This document shows, piece by piece, positions 38,355 through 48,519 of a DNA stretch of 64,000 nt. The DNA lies in NCBI GenBank assembly GCA_965208835.1, contig OZ242358.1, positions 1,824,001 through 1,888,000 of the forward strand. The letters run 5' to 3'. This stretch comes from Candidatus Latescibacterota bacterium (lineage in GTDB: Bacteria; Latescibacterota; UBA2968; GCA-2709665). How positions within the stretch are numbered: position 1 is the first letter of the stretch; each line of letters begins with the position of its first letter. The position numbers and the translations under genes were made by a program. The notes below the pieces were generated by a model. The model was given only the letters and a program-made list of their open reading frames with translations, was not told where the DNA came from and ran no database searches.

Positions 38355-39506
38355 TCACGGAAGCACGGGCAGCTCGCCGGGAACGGCGACGGGTTCACCG
38401 TCTTCCGTGACGTCCGGCCCCGCGTGGAGTTCTTTGTAGAGATTGTCGCGTTCCGCCGGCTCCCGACCGGCTTCGATAATGCGTTCCACCAGTTGCTTCC
38501 GGGTGAGTACCTGACGGGTCTCCTCGTACGTGCGCCTGGTGATTTCGTATTCCTGGATGGTGCCGTCGATGTCGTCCGCGCCGTACCACAGGGCGACCTG
38601 TGAGATTTCGATGGTGTTCATGATCCAGAACGACTTGATATGCGGGAAGTTGTCCAGCATGAGGCGGGCGACGGCGATTTCGCGCAGGTCGGCTTCGCCG
38701 GTGGGTGCCGGAAGGTCTTCCAGTTCGGTGCGTTCGGGGTGAAAGGAAAGCGGGATGTAGGCCAGAAAACCGCGGGTCACGTCCTGGAGCTCACGCAGGC
38801 TGACCAGATGCCGGACCCGTTCGTCCGGATTTTCGATATGGCCGTAGAGCATCGTGGCGTTGGTGGGCAGGCCGACTTCGTGCGCGGTGCGGGCAACCCG
38901 CATCCATTCGTCGGAGTCGGCCTTGGTCCAGAACATCTCCGCCTGAACACGATCACTGAAGACTTCGGCGCCTCCGCCCGGGATCGACGAAACGCCCGCC
39001 GCCTTGAGTTCGAGCATGACCTCCCGGAGCGGTTTTTTGGCGGCTCTGGCAATCTGCACCCACTCGATCGCCGTAAAGGCCTTCACTGCGACGTCAGGAC
39101 GGATTTCCTTGACGGCCTGGACGATGTCGATATAGTAGGAATAGGGCAGCTTGGGGTTGATTCCCGCGACCATGTGGATTTCGGTGATGGGGATGTGCAG
39201 ATATTGTCTCACGCGTTCCTGAATGTCTTCGGGAGAGAGCACATATCCCCGACTGTCTTTCGGCGGCACGTAGAAGGAGCAGAATCTGCAGAGCTTGTTG
39301 CAGATGTTGGTGTAGTTGATGTGCTGGTTGCGCACGTACCAGGCCACGTTCCCGCATAGCCGCTCGCGGACGATATTGGCCATGTACCCCACCGCGTTCA
39401 GATTCGCCGTATCGTAAAGGCGCATGCCGTCACCGGCGGAAAGGCGTTCGCCTGCGATGACTTTCTCGTAGATGTCGTAGAGTTCGCCTGGAATCTTCGG
39501 TTCCAC
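38355..39506 (-). CDS. mqnE: aminofutalosine synthase (radical SAM)
   Basis: HINYTNICNKLCRFCSF, KAFTAIE, NATMLYGHIE, HIKSFWIM, GADDIDGT. Confidence 0.92.
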   Translation of the reverse strand: MEPKIPGELYDIYEKVIAGERLSAGDGMRLYDTANLNAVGYMANIVRERLCGNVAWYVRNQHINYTNICNKLCRFCSFYVPPKDSRGYVLSPEDIQERVRQYLHIPITEIHMVAGINPKLPYSYYIDIVQAVKEIRPDVAVKAFTAIEWVQIARAAKKPLREVMLELKAAGVSSIPGGGAEVFSDRVQAEMFWTKADSDEWMRVARTAHEVGLPTNATMLYGHIENPDERVRHLVSLRELQDVTRGFLAYIPLSFHPERTELEDLPAPTGEADLREIAVARLMLDNFPHIKSFWIMNTIEISQVALWYGADDIDGTIQEYEITRRTYEETRQVLTRKQLVERIIEAGREPAERDNLYKELHAGPDVTEDGEPVAVPGELPVLP

Positions 39507-39564
39507 CGGGCACTCCTTCCGGTTGCGGCAGCGACCCGACCTGGACGGGCCCGCCGGCGGGCCT

Positions 39565-41265
39565 TCAATTCTGACTGAGCAGTTCGCGGGCGTGTTCCAT
39601 GGTAACGGCCGAGATTTTTTCTCCCCCCAGCAGCTTTGCAAGTTCACGGGCACGGTCTTCGTCGCCCAGGTGGATCACCCGCGTGACGGTTCGCCCGTTC
39701 GATACGTCCTTGTATACGGCCAGATGGGTGTCCGCCATCCTGGCGATCTGGGGGAGGTGGGTAATGCAGATGGTCTGGCGCGCGAGCGACAGGCTCTTGA
39801 GATTCCGTCCCACCACGTCCGCGATACGGCCGGATATGCCAATATCAATCTCGTCGAAGATGAGAACCTGGACCGGATCGGATTGGGAGAGCACGGATTT
39901 CAGGGCAAGCATGATCCGGGACACTTCGCCGCCGGAAGCCACCTTGACAAGCGGCCTGAGGGCCTCGCCGGGGTTCGTGGAGATGTGGAATTCCACGCGC
40001 TCGATGCCCTTCGGACCCGCACGATACTGTCGCCTGTCAATGTTTACCCAACCCTCGGGCGACTCTTCACGGATAAGCTCAACGTGGAACTTGGCCCCCG
40101 GAATCCCCAGATCGCCGAGCGCGTCCGTGGTTTCGCGGGAGAGGTCGCGGGCGGCGGCTTCACGGCCTCTTGAGAGCTCCGCGCACAGTTCCGCCAGGCT
40201 CGCGCGGGCGGCGTCGATTTCGCCCTGGATTTCCGCGATCGAACGGTCCAGAAGCTCCGATTGCGCGAGTTCCTCTTCCGCGTTCTCCCGGTATTCAAGC
40301 ACCGTCTGAATGCTGCCCCCGTATTTCGTCTTCAGATGTGTCAGGAGATCCAGGCGACCGGCGACCTCCGCCAGACGCTCCGGATTATGCTCGACGCCGC
40401 GCGCGTAGTCCGCGAAAAAACGGGCGAGTTCTTCGATCGCGTAACGCTGGCCGGCCAGTTCATCGGCTTGAGTGCCGAGCGATTCGTCCATCTGGACTGC
40501 GTCTTTCAGGAGTTGCTCTGCCGCACCCAGACGATCCACGATGGAGTCGTCCCCCTGGTAGAGCAGGGCTTCGAGATGCATGGCGGATTCGATCAGGCGT
40601 TCGGCATGGGTAAGCAGCGATCGTTCCTGAACGAGACGCTCGTCCTCGTCCGGCTCAGGGTCTGCCGCGGCGATTTCTTCAACCTGGAATTTCAGTAGTT
40701 CCCTCCGGTCCCGCGAGCGTCCGGCTTTGGCGTCGGCGCTCGCCTGCCTTTCCAGGAGGTCAGACAGACGACGGTGGGCCGCGCCGACCGACTCCCGGAT
40801 TTCTCCCAAACCGGCGAAACCGTCCAGGAAGTCGATATGCCGTTCGGTGTAGAGAAGAGACTGGTGATCGTGTTGTCCATGGAGGTCAACCAGGGCCCTT
40901 GCCAGGGTGAGCAGGCTGCGGAGGGGAACGGCGAAACCGTTGACGAAACAGCGGCTGCGGCCGCTCGCAACGACCTCCCTGCGCACGATAAGTTCACCCT
41001 GGTCGGCCTCAATGCCCATGGCGTCCAGGAGGGACAGACACCGGTGATCGGATTGCAGCTGAAAAACGGCCTCGACGAGACAACGCCTTTCGCTGGTTCG
41101 AATCACGTCCGGGCTCGCCCGCGTTCCGAGAACCAGGCCAAGGGCGCCAATGAGGATGGACTTGCCCGCGCCGGTCTCACCCGTGATAATGTTCAACCCG
41201 GGACGAAAATCGATTTCAACCCTGTCGATCAACGCGTAGTTGACCACCAGCAGACGGCAAAGCAC
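39565..41265 (-). CDS. recN: DNA repair protein RecN
   Basis: TGETGAGKS, LHGQHDHQ, ASGGEVSR, IFDEIDIGISG, ITHLPQIA. Confidence 0.96.
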   Translation of the reverse strand: MLCRLLVVNYALIDRVEIDFRPGLNIITGETGAGKSILIGALGLVLGTRASPDVIRTSERRCLVEAVFQLQSDHRCLSLLDAMGIEADQGELIVRREVVASGRSRCFVNGFAVPLRSLLTLARALVDLHGQHDHQSLLYTERHIDFLDGFAGLGEIRESVGAAHRRLSDLLERQASADAKAGRSRDRRELLKFQVEEIAAADPEPDEDERLVQERSLLTHAERLIESAMHLEALLYQGDDSIVDRLGAAEQLLKDAVQMDESLGTQADELAGQRYAIEELARFFADYARGVEHNPERLAEVAGRLDLLTHLKTKYGGSIQTVLEYRENAEEELAQSELLDRSIAEIQGEIDAARASLAELCAELSRGREAAARDLSRETTDALGDLGIPGAKFHVELIREESPEGWVNIDRRQYRAGPKGIERVEFHISTNPGEALRPLVKVASGGEVSRIMLALKSVLSQSDPVQVLIFDEIDIGISGRIADVVGRNLKSLSLARQTICITHLPQIARMADTHLAVYKDVSNGRTVTRVIHLGDEDRARELAKLLGGEKISAVTMEHARELLSQN

Positions 41266-41267
41266 GG

Positions 41268-42134
41268 TCAGGACTCCTGCAGCTCCCGCCGGTCGAGGCT
41301 CCAGTCCAGCTTGCGCCTGAGCAACTGATAGAAGGAAAGCCCCTGGAGGTTGATCAGGCGGGTGGTGTGGTCGGCCTGTCGGATGTGTACAGGTTCTTCG
41401 GGCTGGATGGGTGAGACGATCTGGCCATCGGCGGTTACCATGATATCGCTGTGTTCGGCGATTACCTGCACGGTGATCGACTGGTTGCCCGGGATGACTG
41501 CCGGGCGCAGGGAAAGAGAATGTGCGCAGATGGGCGTGACAATGAATGCCCGCATATCGGGGTGGAGGATCGGACCTCCCGCGGACAGGCTGTAGCTCGT
41601 GGACCCGGTCGGTGTGGATACGATGATGCCGTTCCCGAAAAAGGAACTGAACGGCGTATCGGAAATCCAGGTCTTCACCTGCACCAGCCTGGCGAGCACA
41701 GCCTTTTCGATGACGAATTCATTGAGCGCGAAAACCGAATTGTTACCGATTCTCGCCTCGAGGGCCATGCGTTCCTCCAGCTGGTATTCCCCCCGTTTCA
41801 GTCGGCCCAGACTCTCCCGCAACTCTTCGGGCGCGGCTCCGGCCAGAAAGCCCAGCCGGCCCAGATTGACACCCAGAATGGGCTTATGCGAAGATGCGAC
41901 CAGTTTGGCCGCCCGCAGTATGGTGCCGTCTCCGCCCATTGCAACGAGAATATCCGAGTGCCCGGCGAGCTCGGCGGCAGGACGGAAAGTGACCCCGCTG
42001 CAGACGCAGACATTCCTTAACGGTTCCTCCAGAATGAGCTCAATGTCCTGATCGTGAGCGAGTTGCACGAAATTCTGGATGATGGGACCGATGCCCTTCC
42101 GTTCGACATATGCAAGTATGCCAATGCGTCTCAT
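41268..42134 (-). CDS. nadK: NAD kinase
   Basis: GGDGTIL, GVNLGRLGFL, ALNE, STPTGSTSYSLSAGGP. Confidence 0.95.
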   Translation of the reverse strand: MRRIGILAYVERKGIGPIIQNFVQLAHDQDIELILEEPLRNVCVCSGVTFRPAAELAGHSDILVAMGGDGTILRAAKLVASSHKPILGVNLGRLGFLAGAAPEELRESLGRLKRGEYQLEERMALEARIGNNSVFALNEFVIEKAVLARLVQVKTWISDTPFSSFFGNGIIVSTPTGSTSYSLSAGGPILHPDMRAFIVTPICAHSLSLRPAVIPGNQSITVQVIAEHSDIMVTADGQIVSPIQPEEPVHIRQADHTTRLINLQGLSFYQLLRRKLDWSLDRRELQES

Positions 42135-42135
42135 A

Positions 42136-42290
42136 GACAGGATTAAGCAGGATTAAAAGGCAAAAACAGGCTCAGCACCGACGGAAGGATCAGTGCCAAG
42201 ACCCAACAGGATTAACGGCATTAGAACGAAAGAGCAAGATCAGAACCGACCAGGATTGACAGGATTAACAGGATCGTGCAGGATAACAAC
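42136..42290. repeat. CAGGATTAA 9/10-mer periodic patch
   Basis: caggattaagcaggattaa...caggattgacaggattaacaggatcgtgcaggataa; same motif as 4908-4950. Confidence 0.75.
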
Positions 42291-42373
42291 CCGACAATCA
42301 CCGTTCTTCGTGGATATTTCACCCTGGCTGTATAAGCTAATGTAGCCTGAATACCTGGATCTCGCAATGGGTG

Positions 42374-42622
42374 TTACTCTGCCCGCTGTTCCTCGCCGGC
42401 GTCCAGATCGGTGAGCCTGAAGTCGCTTTCGCTCTCGGCTGCGAGGACTTCGACGCGCTGCTTCGCCTCTTCGAGGCGGGTGCGGCAAAGGTTCGACGCT
42501 CTCAGTCCCTCTTCAAAGAGACGGAGCGCGTCAGCGAGGGGCAGGTTTCCGGATTCCAGGGTTTCAACCGCGGCTTCCAGCTGTTTGAGCGCATCTTCGA
42601 ACGTGGGTTCACCTTCGGCCAT
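42374..42622 (-). CDS. xseB: exodeoxyribonuclease VII small subunit
   Basis: FEDALKQLEAAVETLESGNLPLADALRLFEEG. Confidence 0.93.
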   Translation of the reverse strand: MAEGEPTFEDALKQLEAAVETLESGNLPLADALRLFEEGLRASNLCRTRLEEAKQRVEVLAAESESDFRLTDLDAGEEQRAE

Positions 42623-42659
42623 ATGACTCCTCATGGGGTAACTCTAAACGTCCCCCGCT

Positions 42660-43871
42660 TCAACGATCCGCCGGGTTCCCGGCGAGAATTCCGTCGACCG
42701 TGCAGGTTATTTCGCCTTCCGACAGGCGGACGCGGACCCGATCGTCTTCGGTAAGGGATCCGGCGCTGGTGACCAGTTCATCGTTGTCCGCCCGGTGGGT
42801 CAGGCTGTACCCGCGGCTCAGGACAGAGAGCGGGCTCAGCGCCCCCAGTTCGCCGGTGTGCCGGCGGTATGACGCCAGACGCCTGTCGAATACGCGCCGC
42901 ACGCCGTTCTGAAGACCCTTCTGAAGTTCGTCTACAGCCTGAATGCTCTGGAAGATGTTGTCTTCAACTTTCCGCAATCCGTATCGGCCCAGATAGCTGT
43001 CGAGCAAGTCCTGGTTCTCTTTCAGGTAGCGATTGACTGCGCCGTAGGACCTCATTGCAAGGTTCTGAACCCGGGCGCGCAGTTCGCCGGCGTCGCGAAC
43101 GGCCAGTTCGGCAGCCGCGGATGGCGTCGGCGCCCTGCAATCCGCCGCGAGGTCTGCAAGCGTGACGTCGATTTCATGGCCTACGGCGGAAATCACCGGG
43201 ATTGCGGAGCCGCGGATGGCCCGGACGACGGTTTCGGTATTGAACGCGGCCAGGTCTTCCGCGGAACCCCCGCCGCGCCCCACGATCAGCACGTCGACCT
43301 TGCCGTATGCGTTCAGTTCGTCGATGGCCAGCGCGATGTCTTCAGGGGCGCCGACGCCCTGAACGAGGGTGGGCCTGAGTACGATGTTGACCCCGCGAAA
43401 CCGCCTTTCCAGTACGTGCAGAATATCCCGGATCGCCGCACCGGTGCGCGATGTGGCCACACCGATTGAAAGCGGGAACGCCGGCAGCGGGCGCTTCCGC
43501 GCCTCATCGAACAGACCTTCCTCCCGAAGTTTGAGTTTCAGCGCTTCCAGGGCGAGTTGCTGCTGCCCGCTGCCCGCCGGGAAGAGCTGGCTGACGTTCA
43601 ACTGGTACTCGCCGCTGCGTTCGTAGACCGTAATGCGTCCGCGGGCGAGCACCTTCGCGCCGGTCTCGGGCCTGAAGGCGGGTGTGGCGGACCGCCACAT
43701 CACGCAGCGTAGCTGACAGTTCTGATCTATAAGGGTGAAATAACGATGGCCTGAAGCCGCCTGGTTGTATTGCGAGATTTCACCGACGATCCAGAGGACG
43801 GGAAATTCCGTTTCCAGGTTCTGTCGAATTGCCTGCGTAATCTCTGTAACTGTGTATGGGCGCTCCGCCAC
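42660..43871 (-). CDS. xseA: exodeoxyribonuclease VII large subunit
   Basis: GEIS...SGHRYFTL, RGGGSAEDL, SAVGHEID, RAPTPSAAAE. Confidence 0.95.
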   Translation of the reverse strand: MAERPYTVTEITQAIRQNLETEFPVLWIVGEISQYNQAASGHRYFTLIDQNCQLRCVMWRSATPAFRPETGAKVLARGRITVYERSGEYQLNVSQLFPAGSGQQQLALEALKLKLREEGLFDEARKRPLPAFPLSIGVATSRTGAAIRDILHVLERRFRGVNIVLRPTLVQGVGAPEDIALAIDELNAYGKVDVLIVGRGGGSAEDLAAFNTETVVRAIRGSAIPVISAVGHEIDVTLADLAADCRAPTPSAAAELAVRDAGELRARVQNLAMRSYGAVNRYLKENQDLLDSYLGRYGLRKVEDNIFQSIQAVDELQKGLQNGVRRVFDRRLASYRRHTGELGALSPLSVLSRGYSLTHRADNDELVTSAGSLTEDDRVRVRLSEGEITCTVDGILAGNPADR

Positions 43872-43873
43872 GT

Positions 43874-44662
43874 TCAGGGCTCCTGCCAATCGACGCGCAG
43901 TCGTTCGATGCGTGTCGCCTTTCCGGATTCGTCTTCGATTTCCACGACGACGCCGCAAAGCTTGATATCGTCTTCCGCCGGTTCAAACCGTACAGGCGTC
44001 CGGTCCAGAAAACGCTGGATCACGGCATCCTTGCGGGCCCCGATCACTGAGTCGTGGGGGCCGGTCATTCCAGCGTCGGATACATAGGCTGTACCGCCCG
44101 GGAGGATGCGTTCATCCGCGGTCTGCACGTGGGTATGCGTGCCAAGTACGGCGCTGGCACGGCCGTCCATAAACCATCCGTACGCGATTTTCTCGGAACT
44201 CGCTTCCGCGTGAAAATCGACGACGATCACCGGGGTCCGTTGTCTAAGGCGGTCCACGATATCCCTTCCAACGCGGAAGGGGCAGTCCAGGTCGAGCATG
44301 TTTACACGACCCTGCATGCAGACGACGCCTATCGCGGTGCCGTTTGAGGCGTTGAAGATGCCGTAACCGGCGCCGCCGACACTCTCCGGGAAATTGGCGG
44401 GACGCAGAACACGGTCGGCGCCGAATATGTACGGGATGGCGTCTTTTCGATCCCAGACGTGGTTTCCCGTGGTGATCACATCCGCTCCGTAGGCGAAGAG
44501 TTTCTTCGCGATGTTTTCGGTGATACCGAAACCGCCGGCGGCGTTTTCTCCGTTGGCTATGCAAAAATCGATACGGTGACTCTCCCTGAGCCGGGGAATC
44601 AGGTCCGCGGCCGCCTTTCTGCCGGGCCTGCCGTAGATATCGCCCACAAACAGGATATTCAA
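43874..44662 (-). CDS. ymdB: TIGR00282/YmdB metallophosphoesterase
   Basis: GDIYGRPG, NGENAAGG, TGNHVWD, DFHAEASSEK, GTHTHVQTAD. Confidence 0.93.
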   Translation of the reverse strand: MNILFVGDIYGRPGRKAAADLIPRLRESHRIDFCIANGENAAGGFGITENIAKKLFAYGADVITTGNHVWDRKDAIPYIFGADRVLRPANFPESVGGAGYGIFNASNGTAIGVVCMQGRVNMLDLDCPFRVGRDIVDRLRQRTPVIVVDFHAEASSEKIAYGWFMDGRASAVLGTHTHVQTADERILPGGTAYVSDAGMTGPHDSVIGARKDAVIQRFLDRTPVRFEPAEDDIKLCGVVVEIEDESGKATRIERLRVDWQEP

Positions 44663-44797
44663 ATCGACACCCGCGAAAAGCAGTCAACGATTGGAGGCGC
44701 GCAAACCACGGGGCGGCGGACAGTTTGGCGCCGCGAGAAGGACGGTAAGTGCCGAGCGGACGTTCGCCAGGGAGGGGCAGGAATCGCGCCGGCCGGA

Positions 44798-46384
44798 TCA
44801 GCGCGCGAAGTCCACCGAACGCGTTTCTCTGATGACGGTGACCTTGACCGGGCCCGGGCAGGTGGCGTCCTCTGTGAGCCGGGAAACGATCTGCGTAGCC
44901 AGGCGTTCCGTGTCCGCGTCGCTCATCATGTCGGAGTCCGCGACCACACGGACTTCCTGTCCTGCCTTGATGGCGAAGACCGATTCCACGCCCTGTACCA
45001 TCTTGGCGATGGACTCCAGACGTTCCAACCGCCGGACGTAATTCTCGATCTGCTCACGCTGCGCGCCCGGCCGGGACCGGGAAATGGAATCGGCGGCGTC
45101 AACAAGTACGGCAACCGGAGAAATGGGGTCCGAATCTCCGTGATGGGCCTCGATCGCGTTTATCACCATTGCGTCTTCGCCGTATTTGCGCGCCAGGTCG
45201 GCGCCATTCTCCCCGTACGTGCCCTCGGCTTCGTGCGCCAACCCTTTTCCGATGTCGTGAAGCAATCCCGCGCGTTTGGCCAACTGGGCGTCGAGGCCGA
45301 GCGACGTGGCCATCATGCCGGTAAGGAAGGCCACTTCTTTACTGTGATTCAGCACGTTCTGGCCGTAGCTCGTCCGGTATTTCAGGCGGCCGAGGCAGGC
45401 GACGAGGCGATCGTGCAGGCCCGGTACGCCAGCGTCGAACGCCGCTTGAACGCCGGCGTCGTGCATGACTTCCTGAATGGACTCCCGCGATTTCTGAACG
45501 ATTTCCTCGATCCGGCCCGGGTGGATGCGTCCGTCGAGAATCAGTTGCTCCATGGCGATCTGGGCGATGGCGCGGCGTATGGGATCGAACCCTGACAGGA
45601 TGACCGCTTCCGGTGTATCGTCGATCGTGACATCCACGCCCGTTGCCATTTCAAAGGCGCGGATGTTTCGCCCCTCTCGGCCGATAATTCGCCCTTTCAT
45701 TTCATCGGAAGGAAGCCGTACGACCGCGACGGTGGATTCTATGGTGTGGTCAGCGGCCAATCGCTGGATCGCTCCGGCGATGATCTCCCGAGCCTCGTCG
45801 TTGGCGCGGACGAGCGCGTCGTCGCGGATTTCCTTGAGACGCCATTCCGCATCCCGTTCCGCCTCGTCTTCCATATTGGCCATCAGAACGCGTTTTGCCT
45901 CATCCTTCGTGAGTCCGGCAATCTGTTCCAGGCGCCTGTTCTGCATCAGCCTGCTCTGTTCGAGTTGCCGTTCCCGACCGGAGAGTTGCTCTTCCAGCAT
46001 CCGGAGTTGCTCGTTTTTCTCAGTTGCCACCTTCTCCTTGTCGTTCAACAGATCCGCACGCTTGTCAAGCTGCCTCCTTAGACTGCTCAGCTTCAGTTCG
46101 TCCCTTGCGGACCGATCGCGTTTTTCTTCGAGTTCCTGTTCAAACCGGAGCTGCTCCTGCTGTATCCTGTCCTTGGCTTCCAGGACCGCCGTGCGCTTCA
46201 TTGCGTCCGCTTCGGTCTGGGCGTCTTCAAGAATCCTTTCCGCGGAGAGCTCGGCACGATGGATCTTGCTCTGCGCAATCTTGCCGCTGATCAGCCATCC
46301 AAGGATAAATCCCAGTATAAGCAGCCCGGCCGACAGCATGATAACGGTCACGACTTCCACGGTCGTGTCTATCGGCAGGTTCAT
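44798..46384 (-). CDS. rny: ribonuclease Y
   Basis: N-terminal TM, coiled coil, KH (KGRIIGREGRNIR), HD (RTSYGQN, LLHDIGK). Confidence 0.96.
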   Translation of the reverse strand: MNLPIDTTVEVVTVIMLSAGLLILGFILGWLISGKIAQSKIHRAELSAERILEDAQTEADAMKRTAVLEAKDRIQQEQLRFEQELEEKRDRSARDELKLSSLRRQLDKRADLLNDKEKVATEKNEQLRMLEEQLSGRERQLEQSRLMQNRRLEQIAGLTKDEAKRVLMANMEDEAERDAEWRLKEIRDDALVRANDEAREIIAGAIQRLAADHTIESTVAVVRLPSDEMKGRIIGREGRNIRAFEMATGVDVTIDDTPEAVILSGFDPIRRAIAQIAMEQLILDGRIHPGRIEEIVQKSRESIQEVMHDAGVQAAFDAGVPGLHDRLVACLGRLKYRTSYGQNVLNHSKEVAFLTGMMATSLGLDAQLAKRAGLLHDIGKGLAHEAEGTYGENGADLARKYGEDAMVINAIEAHHGDSDPISPVAVLVDAADSISRSRPGAQREQIENYVRRLERLESIAKMVQGVESVFAIKAGQEVRVVADSDMMSDADTERLATQIVSRLTEDATCPGPVKVTVIRETRSVDFAR

Positions 46385-46400
46385 TCTGGTCTCTCCGTAT

Positions 46401-46552
46401 TAACTGCCCGTTGGAAAAGTCCATCCAGTCTAAGGCCGGCCCTTGCGGTCGAAATACTGCGTTGCGCTCCCTCGCCGAATCGCCGGATGGGACTCGGTCG
46501 CGCGCCTTGTCTTCGGCCTCGCCTGCGGAGCGACTCTATCAACGGTCTGTTA
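46401..46552. mobile_element. MITE-like palindromic element in the rny leader
   Basis: TAACTGCCCGTTGGAAAAGTC ... GACTCTATCAACGGTCTGTTA imperfect TIR; internal CAAGGCG...AACGCAG on the minus strand. Confidence 0.6.
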
Positions 46553-46566
46553 TGGGAACCACACAT

Positions 46567-46655
46567 AAAAAAACCCGCTTGCATTCATCCGGTTCCGTAC
46601 ATCCCGTCCGGGTTGGAGTGTCCGCTCCGGATGGTTACAGATGAACGCAGCAGGC
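46567..46655 (-). ncRNA. structured RNA/terminator at the usual 6S RNA position (zapA-rny), short
   Basis: CCTGCTGCGTTCATCTG pairs with CGGATGAATGCAAGCGGG then T7; synteny fits ssrS but length is only ~90 nt. Confidence 0.4.
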
Positions 46656-46725
46656 AACACCGGAATCGTTGATCCGGCAGGGGTGCCCGCGATTGCAGGC
46701 ACGCCCTTTCTGTTCGAGGTTGTCT

Positions 46726-47010
46726 CTACGCGATCCGATTTGTGAAAGACGCCAGATTGTGGGTCTGTTCGGTCAGGGTCTCTCCCATCTTCCGACTGGC
46801 TTCTTCCTCATTGAGCAGTTCGTGCGCGAGATTCACGGCCGCTACGACTGCGATTTTGGCAACCGAACGAAGTGAAATGTAGTTCGCGACATCACGCATT
46901 TTCCGGTCCACGTATTGTGCGACGGCCCGGGCATGGTCCGGGTCGCCTTCCGCGTGGATGCTGTATTCGGTGCCGAAGATCTGGACGCGTATTGCCGGTT
47001 GTTCAGACAT
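46726..47010 (-). CDS. zapA: cell division protein ZapA
   Basis: VQIFGTEYSI...VAQYVDRKM...IAVVAAVNLAHEL. Confidence 0.92.
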   Translation of the reverse strand: MSEQPAIRVQIFGTEYSIHAEGDPDHARAVAQYVDRKMRDVANYISLRSVAKIAVVAAVNLAHELLNEEEASRKMGETLTEQTHNLASFTNRIA

Positions 47011-47077
47011 GAGTCCTCTAGACATCCGGAGACGCTGTGAAACGATGTGGTTCCGAGTGGATGTCGGCGGTGCTGTT

Positions 47078-47641
47078 TTACGCTGTATTCACTGAATCCA
47101 GACGCGAGATCATGGTTTCGATTTTGCGTTGGATCTCCTCCTTGTTCTCAATGAGGGAAGCATTGTTGTCGTAAATGGACCGGAGACGTTCCCGATCGGC
47201 CTGCAATCCGTTGATAACCTGATCCTTGTCTTCCAGCTGCTGCCGGAGTTCCCCGTTTCGCTGCTCGAGTCCGGCGATTTCCTCTCGTAACTGCCGGATA
47301 ATGTCGACAGCGCGATCGATCTCGCCAATAAGCAGATCCAGCTGATCGGAAACGAAGTTTTCCGACGCCAGCCGGTCGTCTTCCCCTTCGTCGGCCTCCG
47401 GCTCTTCGTCTGCCCGATCCTCCAGTTCAAACCGCGGGTCTTCCGGAACATCAGATTCCTGAGATTCGTCCGTCTCCTCGGGGGATTGGAAGGAACTGTC
47501 ATGCTGATCCTGCAGATCGAGTTGCCCGTCTTCCGGACCTTCCGATTCCGCCTGTTCTTCCGGTTCATTGACGTATTCGAAGTGTGCGTCGTCGCTGGCT
47601 TTCGACTCAAGTTGTTCGTTTACCGGTTCTTGCGTTTCCAT
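47078..47641 (-). CDS. ZapB-like coiled-coil protein with a long acidic N-terminus
   Basis: Upstream of zapA; C-terminal heptad coil ending EIQRKIETMISRLD. Confidence 0.6.
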   Translation of the reverse strand: METQEPVNEQLESKASDDAHFEYVNEPEEQAESEGPEDGQLDLQDQHDSSFQSPEETDESQESDVPEDPRFELEDRADEEPEADEGEDDRLASENFVSDQLDLLIGEIDRAVDIIRQLREEIAGLEQRNGELRQQLEDKDQVINGLQADRERLRSIYDNNASLIENKEEIQRKIETMISRLDSVNTA

Positions 47642-47849
47642 TTTCTCACCCTTTCCTTGCTGACACAATTCCCAGAAAATTTGTGCAGTGAGGCGCCAAT
47701 ACAACGTCCGTGTAGCCCTACTACGCAATGTAACACGTCCCTGGTGTAAAGTCAAGGACGGGATACCGGACGCAAGGGCGGCTGGAATGGAATCGGAGTT
47801 GATTCGAGGGGACGCTATTGCGATGGATTCCGTTGACCTGGCGGGCGAA

Positions 47850-48203
47850 TTAGAGGTGTTGGCGGGCCTGCTGGGCCAACGCGGAGAACGCCGTTGGATC
47901 CGTGACGGCGAGGTTGGCCAGAACCTTCCTGTCTACGGAAATGTCGGCCTTTTTCAGGCCGTTTATCAGACTGCTGTAAGAGAGTCCGTTAAGCCGGGCA
48001 GCTGCGTTGATTCGGACGATCCACAAAGAGCGAAAATTTCTCTTTTTCTGACGACGGTCCCTGTACGCATAGGAAAGCGCGCGATTGACGGCGTCGTCCG
48101 CGGTGCGATAAAGCTTGCTTCGTCCTCCACGATACCCGCGTGCGGCCTTCAGGACTTTCTTTCGTCTGCGTCTCGAAGCGACGCTGTTCGTCGTTCTTGG
48201 CAT
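47850..48203 (-). CDS. rplT: 50S ribosomal protein L20
   Basis: [24 protein letters not shown]...[12 protein letters not shown]. Confidence 0.97.
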   Translation of the reverse strand: MPRTTNSVASRRRRKKVLKAARGYRGGRSKLYRTADDAVNRALSYAYRDRRQKKRNFRSLWIVRINAAARLNGLSYSSLINGLKKADISVDRKVLANLAVTDPTAFSALAQQARQHL

Positions 48204-48324
48204 GTCGATGGTCTCCTGGTAGCGCCCGGCAGTGTGCGGGCCGTGTCTGCCTCCGGTCCGGCGCGGCCTGAATGTGAAAGCCACGGCAGGATGGCGGGCC
48301 CCACCGGAAATCGGTTTCGGACCG

Positions 48325-48519
48325 TCAGTTGGGAAGCAGGCGCTGAACCCGGTCCTGGTCGGATTTATGCACCACGGCGGGTTTTCGAAGGTGCATCTTG
48401 CGTTTGCTGCTCTTTCTTGCCAGATTATGCGTGACCGTTGACTTCTTACGTCCAATCACACCGGATTTCCGGCGTTTGAACCGTTTCGCGGCTCCTCGGT
48501 GGGTCTTCATTTTTGGCAC
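48325..48519 (-). CDS. rpmI: 50S ribosomal protein L35
   Basis: [14 protein letters not shown]. Confidence 0.95.
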   Translation of the reverse strand: MPKMKTHRGAAKRFKRRKSGVIGRKKSTVTHNLARKSSKRKMHLRKPAVVHKSDQDRVQRLLPN

